NCBI GenBank assembly: GCA_041667185.1
Contig: JBAYFM010000003.1
Span: forward strand, 16,962-80,961
From: Patescibacteria group bacterium
Lineage (GTDB): Bacteria > Patescibacteriota > Patescibacteriia > SG8-24
Length of the DNA stretch: 64,000 nucleotides
Direction of reading: 5' to 3'
The notes beneath the pieces are model-generated. The model made no database searches, had not been told where the DNA came from, and saw only the letters and a program-made list of their open reading frames with translations. How positions within the stretch are numbered: the first letter of the stretch is position 1; each line of letters starts with the position of its first letter. Position numbers and translations under genes: made by a program. Of the stretch, positions 39,283 through 49,405 are shown piece after piece.

Positions 39283-39339
39283 TTGACGTTCGGTTTCTGT
39301 TCGGGTATGATGAAAGCGTGAAGTCAACCTTGTGGATAA
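39283..39339 (+). promoter_or_regulatory. lexA promoter with direct-repeat operator and downstream DnaA box
   Basis: TTGACG-N17-TATGAT whose spacer holds TTCGG-N6-TTCGG; TGTGGATAA at 39331-39339. Confidence 0.75.
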
Positions 39340-39352
39340 GTCTTTCAGACAT

Positions 39353-39988
39353 ATGACCACCAAAGAACCGGCCAAACTCACCAAGCGGCAGGCCCAGATC
39401 ATGAAGTTCATCGTGGACCGGATCCGGGACGATGGTTATGCGCCGTCCTACCGCGAGATCGGCGAGAGCCTGGGCGTGAGCTCGACTGCGACGATCCATG
39501 AGCACATCAAGAACCTGGAGGAGAAGGGTCTGTTGGAGCGCGATTGGCGGGCGGCGCGTTCGATTCAGGTCGCTCCGGCGGTCATGCGCGAGACGCGCGG
39601 CGTCAGTCTGCAGCTTGCCGGACTTATCACGGCCGGCGAGCCGATCGAAGCGATCGAGGAGCAGGAGCAGATCGACGTGCCGGCGCAGCTGGTCTCCGAT
39701 CCGGCCAATACCTATGTCTTGAAGGTCAAAGGCAATTCCATGATCGAGGACGGCATCAATTCCGGCGATTACGTCATCGTCGAGCGGCGCAACACTGCCC
39801 GCGACGGCGAGGTGGTCGTGGCCTTGCTCGAGAACATGTACGCCACGCTGAAACGGTTCTATAAGGAGAAGGGTCGCGTGCGGCTGCAGCCGGCCAATAG
39901 CACGATGTCGCCGATCTACGCCACCGATGTCGCGATCCAGGGCGTGGTGCGCGGGCTGATCAGAGATTTCAACGCCGCTTCATTATAA
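39353..39988 (+). CDS. lexA: SOS repressor LexA
   Basis: PSYREI HTH, AG cleavage site, GNSM Ser, TLKR Lys. Confidence 0.97.
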   Translation: MTTKEPAKLTKRQAQIMKFIVDRIRDDGYAPSYREIGESLGVSSTATIHEHIKNLEEKGLLERDWRAARSIQVAPAVMRETRGVSLQLAGLITAGEPIEAIEEQEQIDVPAQLVSDPANTYVLKVKGNSMIEDGINSGDYVIVERRNTARDGEVVVALLENMYATLKRFYKEKGRVRLQPANSTMSPIYATDVAIQGVVRGLIRDFNAASL

Positions 39989-40013
39989 TAATTGATATTT
40001 TGGACCCGATTTT

Positions 40014-40295
40014 ATGTCCTCACTTAACGAGAATTTACGGTCAGTTGTCGCTTCGGACGAGGTGTTTCGCAGAGACAATAATATGACGGCGGCCGCGATG
40101 GAAGAAACGCTTCTCGGTGTTCAAGAAGCCGTCGTTAAAATGTGGGCTGATTGTCGGCATGGGACCCGGGAAACAATGGGTAGGCGCGCCGCCAACCTGA
40201 TTTACGGAGCGCTGTTGGCCGTCAAATCTGCTGGGATCGATGATATAGACAGCGCTTTGAAGAAGCGACTGGAGGAGATCAATTCAACACCCTAA
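40014..40295 (+). CDS. Hypothetical helical protein
   Basis: 93-aa ORF 25 bp after lexA. Confidence 0.6.
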   Translation: MSSLNENLRSVVASDEVFRRDNNMTAAAMEETLLGVQEAVVKMWADCRHGTRETMGRRAANLIYGALLAVKSAGIDDIDSALKKRLEEINSTP

Positions 40296-40309
40296 TTTTC
40301 ATTAATAAA

Positions 40310-40489
40310 ATGGAAACGCCGCCCCCGTGGAAAGGAAAGCGGCGTCTCCGGCGAGCGGCCGGCCTAAGCCGGAAGCTCAGCCACGCGGAGTGGCACCGTC
40401 ATCGTATCATCTGTATGGCGCATCGTAAATTAAGGGCGTTCTATCGTCAGCTCTTCGGATCCCTGCTGGACGTCCTGTCCCTGGCGTAA
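40310..40489 (+). CDS. Possible 59-aa basic small protein
   Basis: Manual translation METPPPWKGKRRLRR...LLDVLSLA; fills the gap before the terminator. Confidence 0.35.
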   Translation: METPPPWKGKRRLRRAAGLSRKLSHAEWHRHRIICMAHRKLRAFYRQLFGSLLDVLSLA

Positions 40490-40507
40490 CCCCCATTGCT
40501 TGTCTTG

Positions 40508-40548
40508 AAAAGAACGACTCCTCGCATGAGGAGCCGTTCTTTTTTTTG
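40508..40548. terminator. Bidirectional terminator between the lexA unit and clpB
   Basis: AAAAGAACGACTCCTC-GCAT-GAGGAGCCGTTCTTTT. Confidence 0.85.
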
Positions 40549-40552
40549 TTGG

Positions 40553-43180
40553 TCACTTGACCGAGATGGTCAGTTCTTCGCCCTTGGCGTCGATCGAGAC
40601 CGTGGCTTCGTCGCGGACCTCGCCGTTGATGATCTTGAGCGCCAGTGGATCCAGGATCTCGCGCTGCAGCGCGCGCTTCAGCGGCCGCGCGCCGAAGACC
40701 GGGTCATAGCCTTTCTGGGCCAATACTTTGGCCGCTTTCGGCGTCACCTTAAGCTTGATACGCTTGGCGGCCAGGCGCTTGGCGACGCGCTCGATCTGGA
40801 TGTTCACGATCTCGGCGATATTCTCCGGCGAGAGCGACTTGAAGACGATGATCTCGTCGAGGCGGTTCAGGAATTCCGGTTTGAAGCGGTCCTGGAGCAG
40901 GCCCAAGATCCGGCTTTTGGTCGAATCTTTGGGCGCGGAGTCGCGGTCGCCGAAGCCGATGGTGTCGAGTCTGGTGCCGGCCTCGAGGATGACGTCGGAC
41001 CCGACGTTCGAGGTCATGATGATGATGGTGTTCTTGAAGTTGACGCGTCGGCCTTTGGCGTCCGTGAGGCGGCCGTCATCGAGGATCTGCAAGAGAGTGT
41101 TCCAGACGTCGGGGTGCGCCTTTTCGATCTCGTCGAAGAGCACCACCGAATACGGCTTGCGCCGGACGAGCTCGGTCAGCTGGCCGCCCTCTTCGTGGCC
41201 GACGTAGCCGGGAGGCGAGCCGAGCATGCGCGAGACCGTGTGCTTCTCGCCGTACTCGGACATGTCGAGGCGGATCATGGCGCTCTCGTCGTTGAACAGG
41301 TATTCGGCGAGCGCCCGGGCGAGCTCGGTCTTGCCGACGCCGGTGGGACCGAGGAACAGGAACGAACCGATCGGCCGGTTTTCTTCGGCGATGCCGGCGC
41401 GCGACCGGCGCACGGCGTTCGCGATGGCTCGGACCGCTTCGTCCTGGCCGATGACGCGACGGGTGAGCACGGTCTCAAGCTGCGCCAGCTTGGCCGCTTC
41501 CTCCTCGAGCATCTTGCTCACCGGGACGTTCGACCAGCGCGACACGACGGCCGCGATGTCCTCTTCGGTCACTTCTTCTTTCAGATAGCGTTTGTCTTTC
41601 TGGAGTTTCTTGAGTTTGATCTCGGCGGCGGCCATCTTCTTTTCCGCTTCCGGGATGCGGCCGTAGCGGATCTCGGCGACCTTGTTCAGGTCGGATTGCC
41701 GTTCGGCGATCTCCGCTTCCTGTTTCAGTTTTTCGATCTCTTTCTTGCCGCCGCGGATGGAGCCGATGACCTCTTTTTCGCTCTTCCAAGCCAATTCCAG
41801 GCCGCCATACTTTTCCTTGAGATCGGTCAGTTCCTTTTCCAGTTCTTTGAGCCGGGCGAGCGATTCTTTGTCCGACTCTTTCTGCAGGGCGCGCTTCTCG
41901 ATCTCCAGACGCATGATGTCGCGCTTGAGTCGGTCGAGTTCCTCGGGTTCGGAGTCGATCTCCATCCGGAGCGCCGAGGCGGCTTCGTCGATGACATCGA
42001 CGGCCTTGTCCGGCAGGAAGCGATCCTGGATGTAGCGCGCGGTCAGTTTGACCGCCGCGACGATGGCTGGGTCGGTGATGCGGACGCCATGATGCAGCTC
42101 GTAGCGGTCCTTGATGCCGCGCAGGATGGCAGTGGCGTCCTCGACCGACGGTTCGTTGACCAGGACCGGCTGGAAGCGGCGTTCGAGCGCCTGGTCCTTC
42201 TCGATGTGTTTCTGGTATTCCTTGAGCGTGGTCGCGCCGATGGCCCGCAGTTCGCCGCGCGCGAGAGCCGGCTTCAGCATGTTCGAGGCGTCGAGCGAGG
42301 AGCCGTCGGCGGAACCGGCGCCCACGAGCGTGTGCAGTTCGTCGATGAACAGGATGATGCGGCCGGCGGACTGTTCCACTTCTTTGACGACGGCTTTCAG
42401 CCGATCCTCGAATTCACCGCGGAATTTCGAACCGGCCACCATGGAGCCGAGATCGATGGCGACGACCTCCTTATCCTTGAGCGTCTCCGGCACGTCGCCC
42501 GAGACGATGCGCTGGGCCAGGCCTTCGACGATGGCGGTCTTGCCGGTGCCGGCCTCGCCGATGAGCACCGGATTGTTCTTGGTGCGGCGCGAGAGGACCT
42601 GCATCACGCGGCGGATCTCCTCGTCGCGGCCGATGACCGGGTCGAGTTTTTCCTGGCGCGCGAGCTTGGTCAGGTTGCGGGAATATTTTTCCAGAGCCTG
42701 ATACTTCTGTTCCGGCTCCGGCGAATCCACTTTTTGGGTGCCGCGGATCTCGGCCAGGACCTTCAGGACCGGTTCGTGGGCGACGCTGGAGCGTTCGAGC
42801 AGGGTTTTGATCGGAGAAGGGGATTGTAGCAGCCCCAGGAGCAGGTGCTCCGTGGAGATGTATTCGTCGCCGAAACGCGAGGCTTCTTTTTCCGCGATCG
42901 CGAGGATCTTGGCCACAGCCTGCGAGACGAGCAGTTGGACGGTCTCGCCGCCGTGTTCGGCGGTCGGCAGCTGCTTCCGGGACGTTTCGGCGGCTGCGAT
43001 GAGCGCGCCGATGTCCGCGCCGAGTTTTTTCAGGACTGAAAGGACGACGCCGTCTTTCTGGTGCAGCAGCGCCAGCAGCAGATGCAACGGTTGGAGTTCC
43101 GGATTTTGCGCCTCCATGGCGAGGGTGTAGGCGGCTTCGATGGCTTCGCGGGCTTTAGTAGTGAAATTTTGTGGCAACAT
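40553..43180 (-). CDS. clpB: Chaperone ClpB
   Basis: [21 protein letters not shown], long middle coiled coil, [16 protein letters not shown]. Confidence 0.96.
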   Translation of the reverse strand: MLPQNFTTKAREAIEAAYTLAMEAQNPELQPLHLLLALLHQKDGVVLSVLKKLGADIGALIAAAETSRKQLPTAEHGGETVQLLVSQAVAKILAIAEKEASRFGDEYISTEHLLLGLLQSPSPIKTLLERSSVAHEPVLKVLAEIRGTQKVDSPEPEQKYQALEKYSRNLTKLARQEKLDPVIGRDEEIRRVMQVLSRRTKNNPVLIGEAGTGKTAIVEGLAQRIVSGDVPETLKDKEVVAIDLGSMVAGSKFRGEFEDRLKAVVKEVEQSAGRIILFIDELHTLVGAGSADGSSLDASNMLKPALARGELRAIGATTLKEYQKHIEKDQALERRFQPVLVNEPSVEDATAILRGIKDRYELHHGVRITDPAIVAAVKLTARYIQDRFLPDKAVDVIDEAASALRMEIDSEPEELDRLKRDIMRLEIEKRALQKESDKESLARLKELEKELTDLKEKYGGLELAWKSEKEVIGSIRGGKKEIEKLKQEAEIAERQSDLNKVAEIRYGRIPEAEKKMAAAEIKLKKLQKDKRYLKEEVTEEDIAAVVSRWSNVPVSKMLEEEAAKLAQLETVLTRRVIGQDEAVRAIANAVRRSRAGIAEENRPIGSFLFLGPTGVGKTELARALAEYLFNDESAMIRLDMSEYGEKHTVSRMLGSPPGYVGHEEGGQLTELVRRKPYSVVLFDEIEKAHPDVWNTLLQILDDGRLTDAKGRRVNFKNTIIIMTSNVGSDVILEAGTRLDTIGFGDRDSAPKDSTKSRILGLLQDRFKPEFLNRLDEIIVFKSLSPENIAEIVNIQIERVAKRLAAKRIKLKVTPKAAKVLAQKGYDPVFGARPLKRALQREILDPLALKIINGEVRDEATVSIDAKGEELTISVK

Positions 43181-43188
43181 ATTATAGA

Positions 43189-43215
43189 TTAGCACTCTCA
43201 ATGCTTGAGTGCTAA
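43189..43215. promoter_or_regulatory. CIRCE (HrcA operator)
   Basis: Perfect TTAGCACTC-N9-GAGTGCTAA between promoter (TTGACA-N16-TAAAAT, 43221-43248) and clpB ATG. Confidence 0.96.
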
Positions 43216-43376
43216 TCCGTATTTTACCCGCGCCGGCGCGGTTGTCAAGCTGGCGGATAGCCGGATCGTCAGGGTGGGGGAGCGTGATCAAGCTCCAGGC
43301 AAGCACTGGTTTAATGGTAAATCTGCGGCTATTCTCAGCGTCGGAATGATGAGGTAAACTGACCGCGCAGCGTCTT

Positions 43377-44123
43377 ATGAAAGTGGATATCTTAGGGGTC
43401 AAGATAGATGCGGTGACGAGGGCCGAAGCCCGACAGCGGGCGGTCGATTTTTTGGCTGGTTCCAGGGGTTTTCGGGTCTTTACGCCGAACCCGGAAATGC
43501 TGGTGCTGGCGTCCCGCGACGCTGATTTCAAAAAGATCCTGAATACGGCCGACCTGGCCATTCCGGACGGGATCGGCTTGCTATTGGCGGCTCGCTACGG
43601 CGGGCGGTCTTTGCCCGAGCGGGTGACCGGCACGGACCTGATGCAGGATCTTTGTGCCGCAGCCGCGTCTCGCGGGTGGAAAATCTTCCTGTTGGGCGGC
43701 GAGAATGGCGAAGCAGCGGCGGCGGCCGCGGCGCTCAAAGAACGCCATCCGGACATCAAGATTGTCGGCCATGACGAAGGCGGACGGGCGTTCACGGACG
43801 CGAGTGGCCGGGTCAGGCTCCAGGCGGCTGTTTTGGATAAGATCAAGGCCGCGGCGCCGGAGATCCTGTTCGTGGCGCTGGGCCATGGTCGGCAGGAGAA
43901 ATGGATCGCTGATAATTTGGCTGAACTATCATCCGTGCGCGTGGCCATGGGTATCGGCGGCGCCTTTAATTTTATCGCCGGCCGGTCGCTTCGAGCTCCT
44001 CGGTTCTTCCGGCAAAGCGGTTTGGAGTGGCTGTGGCGCCTCGCGGCCGAACCCTGGCGCTGGCGCCGCATCTGGACCGCGGTCGTCGTTTTCCCTTATT
44101 TGGTGTTAAAATCGGAACGCTGA
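43377..44123 (+). CDS. WecB/TagA/CpsF glycosyltransferase
   Basis: [27 protein letters not shown]. Confidence 0.94.
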   Translation: MKVDILGVKIDAVTRAEARQRAVDFLAGSRGFRVFTPNPEMLVLASRDADFKKILNTADLAIPDGIGLLLAARYGGRSLPERVTGTDLMQDLCAAAASRGWKIFLLGGENGEAAAAAAALKERHPDIKIVGHDEGGRAFTDASGRVRLQAAVLDKIKAAAPEILFVALGHGRQEKWIADNLAELSSVRVAMGIGGAFNFIAGRSLRAPRFFRQSGLEWLWRLAAEPWRWRRIWTAVVVFPYLVLKSER

Positions 44124-44138
44124 TATAATGTATAGGTT

Positions 44139-45638
44139 ATGAATACTGTTCGAGTACGCTTTGCGCCATCTCCGACGGGTTTTTTGCATATCGGCGGACT
44201 CCGCACCGCTCTCTATAACGAGTTTTTTGCCCGGCGCCATGGCGGAACGTTTCTTTTGCGTATCGAGGATACCGATCAGACCAGATATGTGCCCGGAGCC
44301 GTGGAAAACCTGTTGCGCACCTTGGAATGGTCCGGAATCAAGCCTGATGAGGGTCCGTATTTGGACGCGGCCGGCCAGATCCAGGAAAGAGGGGAACACG
44401 GACCTTATATCCAATCCCAGCGTCTGGAGATTTATCGCCAGTATATCGCGGAATTGCTTGAAAAAGGCCGCGCTTACCGCTGTTTTTGCACGTCTGAAAC
44501 ACTTGATGAGATGCGCAAGAATCAGGAGGTTTCCGGCCGTCCAGTCATGTACGATCGCCGCTGTCGGTCAATCAAGCCGGAGGACGCGGCGGCGCGCGCG
44601 GCGGCCGGCGAGAAACACGTGATCCGCCTGCTCGTGCCGGCTGTCGGCCACACCGTGGTCGAAGACGCCATCCGCGGCACCGTCAGTTTCGATAATTCCG
44701 TGGTCGACGATCAGGTCCTGATCAAGTCCGATGGTTTTCCGACCTATCATCTGGCCAATGTCGTTGATGATCACCTGATGGGCATCACACACGTCATCCG
44801 CGGCGAGGAGTGGCTGCCGTCGACGCCGAAGCACGTGCTGCTTTATCAGGCTTTCGGCTGGATCGTTCCAGTTTTCGCTCACGTGCCGCTGCTCTTGAAC
44901 CCCGATCGCTCGAAACTTTCGAAACGGCAGGGCGACGTGGCGGTCGAGGATTACCGCAACAAGGGCTATTTGCCGCAGGCCATCATCAATTTCGTCGCGC
45001 TGCTCGGCTGGAATCCTTCCGGCACCCAGGAGATCTACGCGAAACAGGAACTGTGCGACAAATTCGAACTCGGCAAGATCAACAAAGGCGGCGCGGTCTT
45101 CAATAAAGAAAAGCTTGATTGGCTGAACCGGGAATACATCAAACAGATGAGCGAAGAGGATCTGTTGGCCGCCGTCCTGCCGTATTACGTCGCGGCTGGC
45201 TATGCGGCCGAAGCCCTGACGAGCGGGGTGTTGAGCCAGGTCTTCCGCCGGGCCGTCGCTCTCGAACGTTCGCGCGTGGCCGTCCTGTCCGAACTCGTGG
45301 CCGGTACGGAATATCTTTTTCAGAGTTCGCTCGTCTACGACAAGGCGATCCTGCCCTGGAAGAAATCGACCGCCGCCGTGGCCGTCGAACGCCTGCGGGG
45401 GATCATCGACTTGTTGGAGAATATTCCGGAAACGTCTTTCGACGACGCCAAGGCCATCGAGCAGGAAGTCATCAGGTTCATTGCCGATCGCGGCTGGACC
45501 AACGCCGAGACCTTGTGGCCGATGCGGGTGGCGCTCACCGCGCGGGCGGCTTCGCCCAGCCCGTTCGAAGTGGCTTGGGCACTCGGGAAAAAACTCACTC
45601 TGGAACGTCTGAATTCCGCCTTAAACGCGTTGAAATGA
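44139..45638 (+). CDS. gltX: Glutamate--tRNA ligase
   Basis: RFAPSPTGFLHIG, RIEDTD, KLSKR. Confidence 0.97.
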   Translation: MNTVRVRFAPSPTGFLHIGGLRTALYNEFFARRHGGTFLLRIEDTDQTRYVPGAVENLLRTLEWSGIKPDEGPYLDAAGQIQERGEHGPYIQSQRLEIYRQYIAELLEKGRAYRCFCTSETLDEMRKNQEVSGRPVMYDRRCRSIKPEDAAARAAAGEKHVIRLLVPAVGHTVVEDAIRGTVSFDNSVVDDQVLIKSDGFPTYHLANVVDDHLMGITHVIRGEEWLPSTPKHVLLYQAFGWIVPVFAHVPLLLNPDRSKLSKRQGDVAVEDYRNKGYLPQAIINFVALLGWNPSGTQEIYAKQELCDKFELGKINKGGAVFNKEKLDWLNREYIKQMSEEDLLAAVLPYYVAAGYAAEALTSGVLSQVFRRAVALERSRVAVLSELVAGTEYLFQSSLVYDKAILPWKKSTAAVAVERLRGIIDLLENIPETSFDDAKAIEQEVIRFIADRGWTNAETLWPMRVALTARAASPSPFEVAWALGKKLTLERLNSALNALK

Positions 45639-46918
45639 AGCGTTTTGATTTAACATCGAAGGCGAAGATCGCGGCCGCGGCCTTGCTTGTCGCCGGCTTG
45701 AGTTTCGCGTCCATGTCGTTGCCGGTCAGTGCGGTGGAAGACGCGGCGTCCACCAGCGCTGTCGCGGAGGGTTCCGATCTGCGCGATCAGATCAATGAGA
45801 TCAACAGCGATGTCAAACAGAAGAAGACTGATCTCGAAAATCTGAATCGCAAGATCGAGGAGTACCGTGCGCTCGTGGCGAAGAAACAGATCGAGTCGGC
45901 TTCGCTCGAGGATGAATTGGCCCTGATCGACAACAAGGTCGCCAAAGAGGAGCTGTCCATCGATATCGCGCGGAGCGAGATCCGCAGTTTGGAACTGGAG
46001 ATCGACACGCTGAACAAGCGCATCGCGGCGGATGAGGAACAGATCGCCGAGGAGAGGAAACTTCTGGGCGGACTGGCGCGCAAACTTTATCGCACGCAGA
46101 TGAATCGTGGCACGTTCGAGATCCTGCTCGCGAACAAGAATTTCTCGGATTTCTTCGACGCCTTACATTCGATCACGCGGCTGCAGCTCGCGGTGGATTC
46201 GACCCTGGGCAAACTAAAGGTATTATTCGACGATCTGCAGACGGAAAAAGCCGGGCGCGAGACCGCTCGCCAGGACAGCCTGGCCCGGAAGCGCGCCCTC
46301 GAGGTGGCCAAGATGGAACTCGAGGACGAGAAAGCCCTCAAGGACGAACTGCTCACCAAGACCAAATCGTCCGAACTAGAATATCGCTATCTGCTCGCGG
46401 ACCTGAAGCATGAGCAGAGCGAAGCTGATTCCGAGATCATTTATCTCGAGAAGACGCTGCGCCAGAAGATGAACATCGCCGATCGCCTGGGCAATTCGAG
46501 CGCGGTCCTGTCCTGGCCGGTCGTGCCGGCCCGGGGCCTGTCTTCGATCTACCATGATCCGGATTATCCGTTCCGGTACGTTTTCGAGCATCCGGCGATC
46601 GATATCCGCGCGTATCAGGGCACGCCAGTGCGGTCATCAGCCGCCGGCATCGTCACCAGGGCCAAGAACGCCGGCATGGGCTATAGCTACGTCATGATCA
46701 TCCACAACAACGACCTGGCGACTGTTTACGGCCACCTTTCCAAGATCACGGCCAAGGAAGACACTTTTGTGGAAAGGGGAGAGATCATCGGCTATTCCGG
46801 CGGCATGCCGGGTACGCCAGGTGCCGGGCGCATGACCACCGGACCACACTTGCACTTCGAGACTCGCCGCGGCGGCATCCCGGTCGACCCGATGAATTAC
46901 CTGGTCGCGGCTTACTAG
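45635..46918 (+). CDS. Secreted coiled-coil M23 peptidase (murein hydrolase/activator family)
   Basis: Signal peptide, long coiled coil, HPAID, YGHL, TGPHLHFE. Confidence 0.92.
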   Translation: MKRFDLTSKAKIAAAALLVAGLSFASMSLPVSAVEDAASTSAVAEGSDLRDQINEINSDVKQKKTDLENLNRKIEEYRALVAKKQIESASLEDELALIDNKVAKEELSIDIARSEIRSLELEIDTLNKRIAADEEQIAEERKLLGGLARKLYRTQMNRGTFEILLANKNFSDFFDALHSITRLQLAVDSTLGKLKVLFDDLQTEKAGRETARQDSLARKRALEVAKMELEDEKALKDELLTKTKSSELEYRYLLADLKHEQSEADSEIIYLEKTLRQKMNIADRLGNSSAVLSWPVVPARGLSSIYHDPDYPFRYVFEHPAIDIRAYQGTPVRSSAAGIVTRAKNAGMGYSYVMIIHNNDLATVYGHLSKITAKEDTFVERGEIIGYSGGMPGTPGAGRMTTGPHLHFETRRGGIPVDPMNYLVAAY

Positions 46919-46928
46919 CTCAGAACAT

Positions 46929-46970
46929 CAAAAATACCCGCCTCCGACCTCTAGGGGAGGCGGGTATTTT
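46929..46970. terminator. Bidirectional terminator
   Basis: AAAATACCCGCCTCC...GGAGGCGGGTATTTT. Confidence 0.85.
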
Positions 46971-46981
46971 AAGGCCATCTA

Positions 46982-47009
46982 GTGTCTCACAATATATCTT
47001 AGACGACAC
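46982..47009. other. Candidate dif (Xer recombination) site
   Basis: 11-6-11 dyad GTGTCTCACAA-TATATC-TTAGACGACAC at the switch from mostly + to all - genes. Confidence 0.6.
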
Positions 47010-47404
47010 ATGTATCTTAATTATAAGGCTGGCGTGTGGTTTGGACGCACCTCTGATTCCTGACGTCTGTGGTCAGGATTTTGTATCCGATCATCACATC
47101 ATTATTTTCGCGCCGCTGGGTCGCCTGCTGGGCTCACTGGTCTTGTTGGCCGACTTTGCACGTCAATCGGTCACGATGTCTTTACTGGCCGGTCGCAAAT
47201 TCTTTAACTCCATTATTTGGCTAACTTTAGCTAAATTATTGACTTATAAGCTTGTTTTTTGGCTTATTTAAGCCATTTTTTGATCTTCAAACGCGACAGG
47301 GAATTGTGATCGGCCCACTCACCCATCTCCGATCTTTACGCCGACACGATCATTACAAAAAAGCACCACCGGCAGAGCGGTGGCGCTTGAGAGCGGATCG
47401 GCGA

Positions 47405-48274
47405 TCAGCCGATGAGATTGAACTGGAGTTCGTCTTCGGCTGCGGTTGCGGAGACGGCGCCGGAGATCTTTGTCCCATTTTCGATCGAGACGGTCTTTGA
47501 GGTCCGCTTCGGAGCCTGGCTGGCGGCGGCGAATCGCCGGTCGGCTGAGGCGTTGTCCGTGGGCGGAACTTGCGACCGGACCATCTGACGGGCCACGTAG
47601 TTCACGGCGCCCAGGCGCGATCTTCGTTCCTGGATGCCGGAAGCGAGTTCCATGGCGACCGTGAGCCAGGCCGATTGATCGAAGTTCACCTGGAGGTGAG
47701 CCGCGACGTCGGCGAGCGCGATCGCGAGTCCGATCCGGCAATCCGTGTCCGTGATCAGGTGGTTGAATTGCTGGGCCTTGAGGTACGCGGCCGTGGCGAG
47801 CGCAGGCTGGCCGCTGGAATATGCGAGCTTGGCCATGGCGCAAGCCTGGCGCGTCGCCAGGAACACGCGGTTCTGTTTGCTCGGCGTCCAGTAGCGGTCA
47901 TTGTCCAGCACCTCGAGCGCAGCGACCAGCGCCGGCCGCGTATTGCGGTTCAGGCGAGAAGCGGTCGCGGCGAGATCCACGAAAGCCTGCAGGCGCTTGG
48001 CCTGGCTTTCGATGTCGTGTGCTATGATGAGCGCTTGCTCTTCGACCTGGCGCAGACAAGCGATGACCTCGGCGTGAGCGGCATACCGGACCGGAGGCCG
48101 CAGCCGCGACAGTAGGGCGAAGCCGCTCGCGAGGAGCGCGGACATCTTTCGGACAGCGAACCGGGCGACTTCAGCCGCGCGGTTGAATTTGGCGGTTGCG
48201 CCAGACTTGATCCGCGACAGATGTTCATTCAGCGATGTTCGGAAGTCAGCAGTTCGCAAAGAAACGCCGTTCAT
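47405..48274 (-). CDS. Hypothetical Ala-rich helical protein
   Basis: AAGGAGG SD before ATG 48274; TTGACA promoter upstream. Confidence 0.7.
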   Translation of the reverse strand: MNGVSLRTADFRTSLNEHLSRIKSGATAKFNRAAEVARFAVRKMSALLASGFALLSRLRPPVRYAAHAEVIACLRQVEEQALIIAHDIESQAKRLQAFVDLAATASRLNRNTRPALVAALEVLDNDRYWTPSKQNRVFLATRQACAMAKLAYSSGQPALATAAYLKAQQFNHLITDTDCRIGLAIALADVAAHLQVNFDQSAWLTVAMELASGIQERRSRLGAVNYVARQMVRSQVPPTDNASADRRFAAASQAPKRTSKTVSIENGTKISGAVSATAAEDELQFNLIG

Positions 48275-48437
48275 GATGTCCTCCTTGATCAAAGACTGAT
48301 GGTGATTTGTAAGGTGCGATATCCGCATAAGATACGGACCTCGTTTTTTATCATAAAAAAGCCGTTTTGTCAACCCTCGGACGCATGAAAAGTCAGCCTT
48401 ATTTTTGAATAAAAAAAGACGCCCTCAGGCGGGCGTC

Positions 48438-48884
48438 TTAACTGTCGAGTTTCTCAACCACGCGCGTCAGGCGCGGCATGGACTTGATCCGGCTGCGGAT
48501 GCAGGCGACCTGCACCACGTCGCCGGGTTCGACTTGGAGATAGAGATGGCGCGGAACCTCGATCTCGACCGGTCCCCAACCCGCATCAACGGACAGGGTG
48601 TGGAATTCCGGCTGGCAGACCTCGTACATCATGGGCAGCTGACCCATCGGCTGGAACTGCCAGTCCTCGGTCATGTGCTCGGGTACGTAGTGCTTGGCGA
48701 GAACCCTGGCTCGCGTCTTGGTCTCCAGAAGCCACCAGTTGTCCATGGCGTGGATGATGCCGGCGATGAGCGCGGAGCTCAGGATCGCGAGAAAGACCAA
48801 TGCGATCAGCGCGATGGAGATGCGACTCCAGTCGATGGCGGCAAACGCTTGTCGCAGCATTTGATCGAACAGACCTGCGTTCAT
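48438..48884 (-). CDS. Membrane-anchored hypothetical protein (possible OB-fold)
   Basis: One TM then beta-rich region; AAGGAG SD, own promoter and terminator. Confidence 0.7.
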   Translation of the reverse strand: MNAGLFDQMLRQAFAAIDWSRISIALIALVFLAILSSALIAGIIHAMDNWWLLETKTRARVLAKHYVPEHMTEDWQFQPMGQLPMMYEVCQPEFHTLSVDAGWGPVEIEVPRHLYLQVEPGDVVQVACIRSRIKSMPRLTRVVEKLDS

Positions 48885-49019
48885 GTGATACGCTCCTTGG
48901 TTGTTGAAAGAACCGTTTCTGTTTGGCTGCGGGAACGTCAAAAATATAGTCTTTTTCGCGAAAAAGTCAAGGTGGTTTATCCCCTATCACCGCCTCGGGA
49001 GGTGTTTAGGTGATAGGCT

Positions 49020-49283
49020 TTAGTTGTCAGCCGCCGCCTGTTTCCAGAAAAACAGATCGAGCAGGATCGCGAGGACGAGTCCGATGATCTGGTCGCGGCC
49101 CCAGACGCCGTGATACCAGTGCAGGACCGCGACATACCAGACCAGCGTGTACGGGGCGAAAATGAAACCCAGGAGCGGGATCCACCAGTCCCGAAGCAGG
49201 CCCTCGAACCAGTCGTTCAGGATCAGGTAGATGAAGACGCCTCGCGGGGCCAGGAGTCCGGACATGATGATGAGCCAGCGCAT
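49020..49283 (-). CDS. Small membrane protein
   Basis: PR...LGFIFAPYT..WY motif, hydrophobic; -10 TATACT 8 nt before ATG. Confidence 0.7.
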   Translation of the reverse strand: MRWLIIMSGLLAPRGVFIYLILNDWFEGLLRDWWIPLLGFIFAPYTLVWYVAVLHWYHGVWGRDQIIGLVLAILLDLFFWKQAAADN

Positions 49284-49405
49284 ATGGAATAAGTATAGCA
49301 TTTTTACGCGTTCGCCGCGCGAGGTCCTCTCTGACTGGGTTGGCGCCAGCGGGGCGGAGGAACAAAAAACGCGCCGACGAGCGGCGCATTTTTGGTTTTC
49401 AGTCC

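Noticed and set aside
47041-47500. Short ORFs in the AT-rich gap
   Set aside because: Non-ATG starts, atypical composition and no start signals
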